DNA from: Callorhinchus milii
Taxonomy: Eukaryota
Direction of reading: 5' to 3'
Assembly: GCF_018977255.1 (NCBI RefSeq)
Contig: NW_024704743.1
Coordinates: 40,798,001-40,862,000, forward strand
Length of the DNA: 64,000 nt
A program made the translations under genes and the position numbers. Shown in pieces: positions 53,872 through 64,000 of the stretch. Under the pieces are notes generated by a model. It worked only from the letters and a program-made list of their open reading frames with translations. It did no database searches and was not told the origin of the DNA. Positions within the stretch are counted from its first letter, which is position 1. Each line of letters starts with the position of its first letter.

Positions 53872-54200
53872 TCTAGGCTGACACCCCTTTGCAGTATTGT
53901 GGGTGTGCTGCATTATTGGAAGTGTTATTCTTCATATGACATGTTAAACCAAGGTGTGCTGGTTCAGGTGGATGCTAAAAATCCCATGCACTAATCAAAA
54001 ACAGAAGTGAGTTTCTCCCAGTGGCCAACAATCCTACAGAAATAAAAGTAATTCATTTCAGAGCTGTTTGTGGGACATTGTTGTGCACAACTTGGTAGCT
54101 CGTTCAGCTATATATACACAGCCACTACACTTTTCAGTCGATCCTGTGAAATGTTTTGAAACATTTCAATTACACATAAGGTGTTATATCAAATTCAATA
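53872..54200 (+). mobile_element. Deu-type SINE, 5'-truncated
   Basis: gtgctgcattattggaagtg..gttaaaccaagg..ttcaggtggatgctaaaaatcccatg. Confidence 0.75.
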
Positions 54201-54234
54201 ATTAGTGTAACAGATGTGTCTATGCTATTGTTTC

Positions 54235-54240
54235 TTTAAT
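54235..54240 (-). terminator. Candidate polyadenylation signal (ATTAAA) of the cadherin 3' UTR
   Basis: TTTAAT on the + strand, about 370 nt past the stop and just before SINE-derived sequence begins. Motif only. Confidence 0.3.
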
Positions 54241-54611
54241 TGAAGTAAATGTCATGTAATTCAAGTAAAGAACATCTTCATTTTGTATAATAAAAACAGA
54301 CACTCTTACTGGAGAGCATAAACCTCTGCAGTGTTCAAAGTTTGTTCAGGCACTTTAGTGGAGAATACAGAAAAACCTGCAGTTTTTTTTAAAAGTTTTT
54401 TTTTCTCTTATCCGTTACAATTGCATGAATCTTATTACAACTGCACTAGTCTGCCTCTCTCCAATTTCACAATGTCACATCAATCTTACAAGCTGTATTC
54501 TTTGCAGCACCTAATAAAACTATTTCACAGTAAAATAATAGTTGACATAGCAAGTAACAATGGCAGCCATAGAAAAGATGAAACTTGGCATGTTCTTAGA
54601 TCTACCAGCTC

Positions 54612-55126
54612 TTAAAATGACAGTTGCTTGGTGGTATTTTGTGGGTTATTAGTTTCTTCGGTTCCATAAAGGTCTGCCAGCTTTTTGAACCGAGGTCCCC
54701 AGTCACTGAGGTAATCATATTCCTGCTCAGTCTCTGAAGTAACTGATTCTAAGGAACTAAGTGACTCAACTGTGGAACCATTTCCTTCATAGGCATATGT
54801 CACTAGGGAATCATAAGGAGGTGCACTGGGATCTGCATCATTCTCTTGCAACCTCTGGTTAATGAAATCTCTGATATCTGTGTTGTTCTGTATAACAATG
54901 GTTCGAAGTTGCGGATGGAGCTTCTCTGGTTTTACATCCCTACGCAATTGAGCATCTTCCATCACATCTGGTTTCCTCAGTGTGCTAATGTCAAAGGCTT
55001 GTGTGTCCTCCTCTCCTCCTCCTTCATCATCATAACTGATCACGTTGTCCCTGATATCTTCCTTAGAGGTCATGCAAATCTCTTTCTTCCTCTGCCTTCG
55101 CAGTGCCACAAAGAGCACCACAATCA
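54612..55126 (-). CDS. CDH12: CDH12-like last coding exon (end of TM plus cytoplasmic domain)
   Basis: Polypyrimidine tract plus ctcAG acceptor at 55127-55128. 515 bp to TAA. Contains [11 protein letters not shown], the p120-binding [15 protein letters not shown], and the beta-catenin-binding APPYDSL..YAYEG...SLSSL...[14 protein letters not shown]. Confidence 0.95.
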
Positions 55127-55943
55127 CTGAGTAAAGCAGAAAAAAAAGGAAGTTTAAGTAAACACTTTTCTTCAAAGTAATTAAACGACCGAGCCTTATT
55201 TCTTTTTAGCTCAACCGATTATATTTGAGGTTTAGTTTGCAATATTTCTTAATGCAATTCTAAAATAAGGTGTCCAAGACATGCAAATTGGTGGTGGGGG
55301 TGGGGGAATGTGATTATCGTTAATTATTAAAATCAAGCTGAGATCTCATTAATCACAATTGTACGGCAGCAATTAGAGATCACTAATAATAAAGATAACA
55401 GCAGCTGCTATCTTCGGCCAGCTCTGGGCCCAACCATTCTACTGAAATCAGCAGGGTATCTTCCCCGGCACCAGCTAAATTTTATTCTGGTTATGTATGT
55501 TTATAACTACACATTCAGACTTCAATGCTTCTCTTCACTTACTAAATGAATAGTTAACAAGTCTTCCGGTTTTGCTAATACTGTGGTCTACCTCTGTTTA
55601 GATACACCATTGTACGGGGTAACCAAAACATTGTGATACCATTACAATGTCTAATAAATCTTAAAGAAATTATGATTTTTTTCTTTTAGGTAACAGGGTA
55701 GCTTCATGATGTTTTGGTCAACCTGTGTGTATGCATGAGTATGTATGAGAGATTTCTTATAAAGACACAGCAGTCAACTAAATATATGGAGAACATAATC
55801 AACCATATCATCAAGTGACCTTTTGCTTTCAGCTTGCTTCCTATTTTATTGATGATTGATGGCCAGATTAACATTGTTTTGCTCAAAGTGTATGAGTGAA
55901 ATCAATGAACATTGCCCATGCTACGTTACTGGAGTAGACTCAC

Positions 55944-56195
55944 CAAGTAGTATAATGATGCAAAGCAGGATTGCTATCAGTGCCTCTGTGCTCAAACCCA
56001 CTGGTAGGAAGATTGCTTCTACATTACAGGACAGGATAGTGCCATCCACGTCACATCTACACACCCGGATGGTCAGTGTATTTGTGCTGCTTTGTACTGG
56101 ATAGCCACTGTCCGAGATCACAATAGGAAGAAAATAGAATTCCTGCTGCCTGCGACTGAAGCCATTCCTCTTGGTTACAATGCCAGCTGTGTTGT
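55944..56195 (-). CDS. CDH12: CDH12-like penultimate coding exon (end of EC5 plus transmembrane helix)
   Basis: Acceptor ttgttgcAG, 252 bp, donor GTGAGT, phase 1 to 1. Encodes [83 protein letters not shown], closely matching CDH12 as I recall it. Confidence 0.93.
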
Positions 56196-56789
56196 CTGCA
56201 ACAAAAACAGCCAAGGTTGAGAAAATGGAGAGTGAAACAAACCAACTCTTCAACCAATGAGTTTTTCAAAACCCACAAATGGATCTGTTCATAGTATTAT
56301 GCACAGTGTATTCCTCTCCCAACAGCAGGTAATTGAAATTAGTGCTGAGGATTTGTGGCTACATCCATGGTGAGCACATAAACCCAGTTTGCTGATCGAC
56401 TGTTAAGAGCAGCTATTGTGAGAAATCAGGTCCTTCATGACAAGGTTACATAACATAGCTGAGCAAAGATGATCAATGAAAGGAGAAATGACAATTAGGT
56501 ACTTATAAGGTGTGCCATTATTTGTGAACCTATTAGCCTATTATCATCAATAATAACAACTTTTGTTTATATGGAATCCTTCATTCAGGTAGTGTCTCAG
56601 AGTGCATGAATCATCCTTTGTAAGTGAATTTCTCAGCTTATCTCATTTCTAACTAACCACCAAATTTGCGCTGTAAATGGACAATCATTCTTTAATACAG
56701 TAAAACACTGCCAAAGTGTGAATGTAGTAATAAAGTGCAATGTGATTTATTTATTTTCTGTTGATTAATTTAAGTGAAATTCATCTATC

Positions 56790-59040
56790 ACTCCCCAACT
56801 TCCTCCTTCCCCTCTTTCAAGGCACATCCCAAAACATACTTCTTTGACAGTGTTTATGATAATCTTTCCCCTTCCCACCCCACCCTTGGATCTCACACAC
56901 AGCATGGGTGCCCATCCAGCACTGTGAATGATCTTTGGGATGTCCTCCAAATGTGAAAGATGCTGCATAAATGTAAATTGTGTTTTTTTATTATTAGTCG
57001 CTGGCACATAGGAAATGAGCAGGTCGACTGGCACAAACACAGATAATGGGGTCCAAAAGTATAGTCAGATTTACCCTACAATGGAGCACACACTGTAGTT
57101 ATTTCAATGTGGGGGGAGGGGGGAAGTAACATATAAGGTAGATTCAAATAAAATAACCAAAATATTTTATGTTACAAGTCAAGAATATCTCACTCCTGAG
57201 CAGAGTGATCCCACCATGTGCACAACAAAAAACAATAAAGTTATCAGGCTTCTTGCAATCATACATCTGTCCCTTCTTTTATCACACAATTCAAAAGAAA
57301 TGTGCGGCAACAATAGCTTGCATTTAATATAGTGGCTCCTTACACACAACTGCGTTTGGGAGTGCTGCAGAATGGTGGGGTCAGTTCCGAACAAGCGGCA
57401 GATTATTTAGAACTCTGCAGCTCACGTCCTCTCCTGCACCAGGACTATCATCACCATCATCACTCAGCTCCACTGGCTCTCTATTCTCCATCGGATTGAA
57501 TTCATAAGGAGGTGTGTACTTCGCCCTTACTTTCAAATTCCTTCACAACCTTATTGTACCTTACCTCTGCGACAATGCAGTCCCAGGAAACATCAGCTAG
57601 CCTTTATGTCTCTTGTACAATCTGCCTCACCATTGGTGGGCAAGACCAGCCATTCAGCTCTTCCAAAATTCACAGAGGATCTCTCCCCATAACTTCAAAA
57701 CTACCTGCAAGGTCTATCTTTTAAACTATATTTTTAGCCACCTTTCTCCTCACCCAGCAACTTTGCATCCCTAGCTCTGGCATGCAGTCAGCTGTGTGAA
57801 GCGCTTTGAGATGTCCTACTGATGTGAAAAAATGATATAGAAAGGTAAATTGTTGCCATTTTATTGTTATGAAAAATCTCTGTTTTAATCCCAATGCACG
57901 GAAAATGCTTGAGATTAATTAGCTACAATTCCCAATAGCACTATCTAAAGCCAAACTAGAATCAAATCTCTTTGGCTTTAATTGTACAGAAAATAAAACA
58001 GATGGTATTTGTTGAAAAAATAATAATTACAATAATTACAAGCCTCTACTGACTTGCAGTAGGCTTCCCAGTGGGGCAGGACTCAAAGTCATTACATACT
58101 CTGTACCCAAGCAATTTCCCTGAATACACCTTACCTGAAAATCAAATCAAACAATATTTAATTTCAATGGTCACAAACAATAACTATTTCATTTAATGGT
58201 CATGTCACATCTTCAGGATCTAACCAGAGGTAATCCACCATTATCATGACATTTATGGCATTGTCATGACATTCACCTACAAAATAACAATAATCCTTAC
58301 ATTTCGTATAGCACCTTTCATATTGGGGGGACATCCAAAAGCATTTTACAGGATATACTATGTGCATTTTGTGATGATTCCGGCAGTCAATTTGCACACG
58401 ACAATGTTACAAGGTCATTAGTCATTAAGTGAATGATGAATTTTATCTGACCCATACAGACCCCAAAAGTTCTGGGTTTGATTCCATGTTGGTATGCACC
58501 GGGATAGCTGTTCTCAATGAGTGTAGGATTTGAGGTGTTTAACAGCCTTAGATTAAGCAGCAAAAATCTGCAGGGTTCTGACAAGACCGAGACCCTCCTG
58601 ATTGGCGTCCGTCTGCACCTCAGAATCTCAGGCGCTGACAGCATCACCATCCAAGGATGCACACTCCACCTTGCTATGCCAGTCCAGAACCTTGGCATCT
58701 TGTTTGACCCTCATCTATCCTTTCTACCCCACATCTGTGCCATAACCATAATCCCTCTCTCCCCATCTTCAAAACCATTCATCTTAAATTTTAGACCACC
58801 ATTGGTGGTTGGGCCTTCAGCTTTTCTGCCCCACCCTCTGGAACTCCAACCCAGAATCGCCACACCTCAACCCCTCTTTTGCCTTCTTCAGGCCCGTCTC
58901 AAACATTTCCACTTTGATGGTGCTTTTGGCCATATTCCCCTTCTCCCTACCCTTCACCCCTTTTGATTCCACACCCCTCGGGATGTATTTCCACCGTGAA
59001 AGGCGATATATAAATGTAATTTTGTTCTTGTTTGCTGTTG
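56790..59040 (+). mobile_element. Intronic L2 fragments (56790-56990, 57400-57850, 58575-59040)
   Basis: [32 protein letters not shown] and L2 tails. Confidence 0.7.
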
Positions 59041-59812
59041 TCTATGTGTGGGCATTGGGCGAGGACAGGATTAAGTCAGGTTGCATTCACACCCCTCAGA
59101 TCCCCCATAGCCTGGGCTGATATTTGACTATAGGGATTTTATGATGGGCAGAAGAATATCTGGAAAATCTGTCAGCACCAGGAGAAGAATGGAGAAACTT
59201 GGAAGAGATGAGGATGGAGTCTAACTGGTAGTATTTTTATCAGGCTTCCTTATTAAATCACACAAATTGTGGCTTATTCTGGCAATCAGAAGCACATCAC
59301 TCTGCTGTAGAAACATCACTCTGATACAGTCTACTACCAGAGCAGATTTCCCGTGGGTTGTTGGGAATTTTAAGGCATTCCTTATTGAGGAATTCTGATA
59401 AGACCTCATTATTTAGTATTGCTTATCGTAAAATTAAATATTTTTTTCAAATAACAAATGGCAAATATGCTTGGTTCAGCATAGCTGAAATAAAAATTAT
59501 ATCAAACCTGTGACTTTAAAATAATGTAGTTTTATACAGAAACACTCTACCGAAAGGAAAGAGGCTGGAGTGGGATTATTATAAGAATGTAAAATGAAAA
59601 TCAAATTCTAGTCATGGTGATAATTCAACTAAAAATTGTCCTGTGATTTGAACATTTCAATGTACCGATTTTGCCAGTCATTTACATGACACCAACAAGC
59701 CTTGAATATTATTTTTCCTACAAAGACTGCACAAAAAATATTAATCTGCAGAAATTAATGTGCAAAAAATCTCTTTCCAACTCTGTCAAGGAAGTAATGT
59801 GGTGAGTCTTAC

Positions 59813-59930
59813 TGCCATTGTCGTGGAGTGTGAAGTTTGGGTTTGTGGCACTCTCGGGTGACAGCTTGAAGTGAAACTGCTGCTCAGTGAGTGGTTTATC
59901 TTTGTCTTCAGCACCGATAGACCCAATTAT
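59813..59930 (-). CDS. CDH12: Type II cadherin (CDH12-like), third-last coding exon (EC5 region)
   Basis: Not in the ORF track; read by hand. Acceptor ttttcAG, 118-bp exon, donor GTaaga. Translates IIGSIGAEDKDKPLTEQQFHFKLSPESATNPNFTLHDNG(N), resembling the CDH12 segment QQFSFRLSPEAAIKPNFTVRD. Phase 0 to phase 1, joins in frame to the next exon. Confidence 0.9.
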
Positions 59931-60589
59931 CTGAAAAGATCACAGCAAGGAGAGATGGTGAGAAACTGTTAACAAATTCTTTAAAATCGACATAGATTTT
60001 GAAAATTGTTACTCTAGCGTATCAAATCGACCAAGCACCCTACCATTTATCCGTTCAGGATAACAGACTTTGTGATGTTCGTAATGTTTGGACAGTTTAT
60101 CTGTTTGTCAAATTACCTTCACTGAATTTTTACAAAAATACTGAAATAAGGAGCAACCGAAGCCTGCAAATACTATTCTAAAATAAAATTTTGACATATT
60201 TTAATCAGAAACACTCTACAGAAAGGAAAAAGGCTGGAGTGCGATTATTACAAGCATGTAAAGTGAAAGTCAAAACCTAGTCAGAGTGACAATCTCTTTG
60301 TTTTAGCATTCACAAACTCAGATTTTCTCAAGCAGAAATGTGTAAAGATAGTCAATGGGCCATGGTACATGTTTCCTGTGCAAATGGGTTGGTTATAATG
60401 AGCTGAAGTGCACAGTCATCAAATTGTATTAGTGCTAAAATGTGCAATCTGGTCCTGTACACCTCTGCAAAGGGCATATTACAAAATAAATCTAACAAGA
60501 ACTTGTCAGTGTATATAATATGGGTATTACTATATTATTTTCTCTCTGTTGCATTTTTTAAGTTTTAATTTGGTCTTTAATATTCACCT

Positions 60590-60995
60590 TTTAAGGCCAT
60601 CCATGACGTTGCCCCCTCCTACCTTCTGACCTGCTGACTCCCTACCAACCTGCCCTCTCCTTCCATTCATCGGGCTCTGGTCTGCTCCATGTCTCCCGCC
60701 CGACCCACCCTACTATCGGTGGCCGGGCTTTCAGTCTCTCTGCCCCCACACTCAGGAACTCCATCCCACGGTCCCTTCGCCACGCTTCCTCCATTGCCTC
60801 CTTCAAGGCTGGCCTCAAAACCCTTCTCTTCGATCATGGCTTCGGTCGCCCTCCCACCTCTCTACCTTCCCTTACACCTACAAACCCCCTCCCCCATGCT
60901 CGGGCCACGACACCCGACTGTTCAGCGCTTTGGGACGTCCTCCCGATGTGAAAGGCGCCCTATAAATGTAATTTTGTTGTTGTCGTTGTTGTTGT
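60590..60995 (+). mobile_element. L2 3' end
   Basis: gcgctttgggacgtcctcccgatgtgaaaggcgc plus (TTG)n. Confidence 0.88.
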
Positions 60996-61545
60996 AGCCT
61001 ATGGTGCAATATTCACCTTTTAAGACAAGACAGTTTTGGATGAAGAAACCCCTTCAACTCATTTATACTCTTCCAGAATTCCCACCCTATTGCCTTTCCA
61101 TTACAGCATCGAACAGTTATATCAAGTGCTCAGCATCCTGGTCTCCCACCTTCTTTCCTGGTAACTCATTTCAGCTATTAAATACCCTCTGGGTAAAGAC
61201 ATACTTTCTGATTTATGCCACAAAATTACCCTTAAACTTGTACTTCAATTGAGCATCTCACATACCATTATTTATGTACCTTGCCTCTGAGACATCTTTT
61301 TTCAAACTTACTAATCGTTTCTCACAGTACACCATCCAACATTGGAGTACAGCTCTATTGCTCTTTTCTATACTGTGAGTTGCACCAAATACAGAGGTAA
61401 GTTATGTGGTTTAATTGTTAACCCAGATTATACAGTTCTATAAGAATAGAGTATAGAAACATTACTTACTATCTTGGAGGATGACATAATGTATAATAAT
61501 CCTTGCATTTGATATAGTGCCTTATCATGTTGTTGAGACATCTCA

Positions 61546-64000
61546 AACAACAACGACAACAAAATTCCATTTATAGAGCGCCTTTCACGTCGGGAGGACA
61601 CCCCAAGGCACTGTACAGTTGAGCAGGGGGAAAACGGTCAGGGTGAGGGGAGGGAAGGGAGGGAGGGACGAGGGCATAGAGAGTTGAGAGGGGAGCTGAA
61701 GGCACGGTCAAAGAGAAAGGTCTTGAGACCGGCCTTGAAGGAGAAAAGGGAGGAAGCAAGGCGAAGGCACTGGGGGATAGGGTTCCAGAGCCTGGGGGCT
61801 GAGAGGCTGAAGGCCTGGCCACCGATGGTAGGGCGGTTGGGACGGGGGATGTGGAGCAGACTGGAGCCAGAGGAACGGAGGGTACGGGCAGGTAAGTAGG
61901 GGGATAGTAGGTCGGAGAGGTAGGAGGGAGCAAGGCCGTGAATGGCCCTGTAGGTGAGGATGAGGATCTTGAATTCGATCCTCTGGGGGATGGGGAGCCA
62001 GTGGAGGCGAGCGAGGGTGGGAGTGATGTGGTCCTAAAGCCTGGTGCGGGACAGTACACGAGCTGCAGAGTTCTGAATGACCTGCAGCGTGTGGAGGGAG
62101 GTGCCGGGAAGGCCGGTGAGGAGAGAGTTCCCATAGTCCAGCCTTGAGATGATAAAGGCGTGGACCAGAGTTTCAGCAGCGTGAGGGGTGAGGTAATGCC
62201 GTAGTCTGGCGATGATCCGGAGGTGATGGAAGGCGGTGCCAGTTGTGGCGCGGATATGAGGGAGGAAGGACAGCTCAGGGTCGAACAAAACGCCGAGGTT
62301 CCTGATGGCTTTGAGAGGTGGAGAGTGCAGCCTTGGATGCTGATACTGTCAGCGCCTGAGGTGCGGAGGCGCTGATGGGAGCCAATCAGGAGGGCCTCAG
62401 TTTTACGCACGTTGAGCTGAAGAAAGTTATCTCTCGTCCAGGACTCGATGTCGGACAGGCAGGCTGTCAGGACATCGGTGGTCGTGGAGTTGAGGGTAGA
62501 GGAGGAAAGGTAGAGTTGGGTGTCATCCGCATACATGTGGAAGTTAACCCCATGTCTGCGGATGATGTCACCGAGGGGGAGCATATAGAGGGTGAAGAGG
62601 AGGGGACCGAGGACAGAGCCCTGAGGGACACCACACGAGACAGTGCGGGGGTGGAGGAAAGCCGTTTGTGGAAACAAAATGAAGACGGTGGGAGAGGTAC
62701 GACCTAAACCACTCAAGGACAGGGCCTTGAAGGTTGAGGTGGGAGGACAAGCGGTGGAGGAGGATAGTGTGGTCGACCGTATCGAATGCTGCCGATAGGT
62801 CGAGGAGGACGAGGAGGCAGAGGGAGCCCTGGTCACAGATGGTCAGGATGTCATTGGTGACCTTGACCAGGGCAGTTTCTGTGCTATGGGCAGCACGGAA
62901 ACCTGACTGAAGGGGTTCGAATAATGAATGGGTGGAGAGGAAAGAGCGCAGCATGGAGGTGACAACTCTTTCAAGGACCTTGGACAGGAAGGGGAGGTTG
63001 GAGATGGGCCGGTAGCTTGATAGCTGCGACGCATCAAGGGAGGGTTTTTTCAAGGTGGGAGTGATGGTGGCAGTTTTTAAGGGAATGGGAACAGAGCCAG
63101 AGGAGAGGGACAGGTTGATGATGTCTGTGATATGTGGGGCAAGGAGGTGGAGCTGGGAGATAAGGAGTGGAGTGGGGATGGGGTCAAGGGAGCAGGTGGT
63201 GGGTTTCAGGGATAGGATGAGTTTGGTGACAGAGGGTGGGGAAACGGGTACGAAAGTGTGTAGGGGAGGATGGGTAGGAGTCGGAGTGTGGGAGGGAGGG
63301 GTGGGGGTGGGTGGATGTTGGAGGGGAAGTGACCGCGGAGCGAATTCCCTTGATTTTGGATTCAAGGAAATCCAGCATCTCCTCGCAGTGAAGGTTGGAG
63401 GAGATGACCTGCGCGGGGTGGCGGGGGGGACGGAGGAGTCGGGTTGTGGTGGAAAACAGTAGCCTGGGTTGTTCTTTGCCTCCAGGATTATCCTGGAGTA
63501 GAAGGACGACTTGGCCGAGGCTAGAGTGGAGCGGTTGATTTTGAGGAGTTCCAGCCAGATTTGAAGTGGTGGTCGGAGACGGCCTTGTCGGTGATGGTGA
63601 CATCCGAGACACTGAGGCCCCGGGTGATCACCAAGTCGAGTGGGTGGCCATGACTGTGAGTGGGGGAGTTAATGTGGAGGGAGAGGTTGAGTGAGGAGAG
63701 CAGGGAAGAGAAGTCCGAGGAGATGGAGCAGGACGGGGTGAAGTGCAGGTTGAAGTCGCCCAGATGATGAGGCGATCAGAGCAGAGGTAGAGAGATGTCA
63801 GAAGTGTTCAAATATCGGAGATGAAGGTGGGAGAGGTTTTAGGGGGCCGGTAGAGGAGGAGGATTTTGAGTGAGAGGAAGGAGGAGTGGGAGAGGGTGAG
63901 GTGCTCAAAAGAGGGAAAAGAGCCAGAAGAGTAGGGGGATAGGGCAAGTGGTGTCCTTGCGATAAGGGCTGCACCACCGCCATGGCGTTTGGGGAGAGGG
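61546..64000 (-). mobile_element. Young L2 LINE (APE endonuclease remnants plus RT plus 3' UTR), running off the window; inserted in a SINE tail inside the cadherin intron
   Basis: Endonuclease motifs YRPP, GDFNLH, THSHGHPLDLVI. RT motifs [63 protein letters not shown]. Several frameshifts. Intact stem-loop and CAA tail. Confidence 0.96.

Noticed and set aside
55127..55175. N-terminal [16 protein letters not shown] of ORF 54612-55175 (and the ends of ORF 55921-56253)
   Set aside because: Intron read-through; the splice sites define the real exon limits.
59931..61500. Next upstream cadherin exon (..DVNEF.P..CENAKPGQ-type)
   Set aside because: No matching translation found; it probably lies beyond the window.
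61571..63612. Long Pro/Ser-rich ORFs as novel proteins
   Set aside because: Off-frame readings of L2 ORF2 after frameshifts.
1..64000. CRISPR array, operons or other prokaryotic systems
   Set aside because: Sequence is eukaryotic; recurring stem-loops are dispersed LINE/SINE tails, not regularly spaced repeats. Isolated single N bases are assembly ambiguities.

Overview
Eukaryotic, repeat-rich vertebrate DNA. The SINE/LINE repertoire looks like a cartilaginous fish, probably a holocephalan/chimaera; this is an inference. The only host gene I can support is the 3' end of a type II classical cadherin most similar to CDH12, on the minus strand. Its last three coding exons are 59813-59930, 55944-56195 and 54612-55126, with canonical GT-AG sites and compatible phases; upstream exons lie beyond the window or were not found. 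The other ~54 kb is gene-free intergenic DNA. It holds L2 and CR1 LINE fragments (including a young ~2.4 kb L2 at the right edge), a Tx1-type LINE 3' end, tRNA-derived SINEs of two kinds, and palindromic MITE-like elements. Most of the supplied ORFs are TE remnants or chance. The main items worth a second look are: (i) a pair of non-autonomous Helitron-like elements at 16.7 and 18.1-18.9 kb with unexplained cargo; (ii) an unidentified repeat, present twice, that diverges like coding sequence; (iii) a stepwise SINE series that loses its CORE-like middle and swaps its 3' loop for that of the resident L2; (iv) an 88-bp direct repeat bracketing one cadherin exon; (v) several related long hairpins. 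I found no convincing wholly new biological system.
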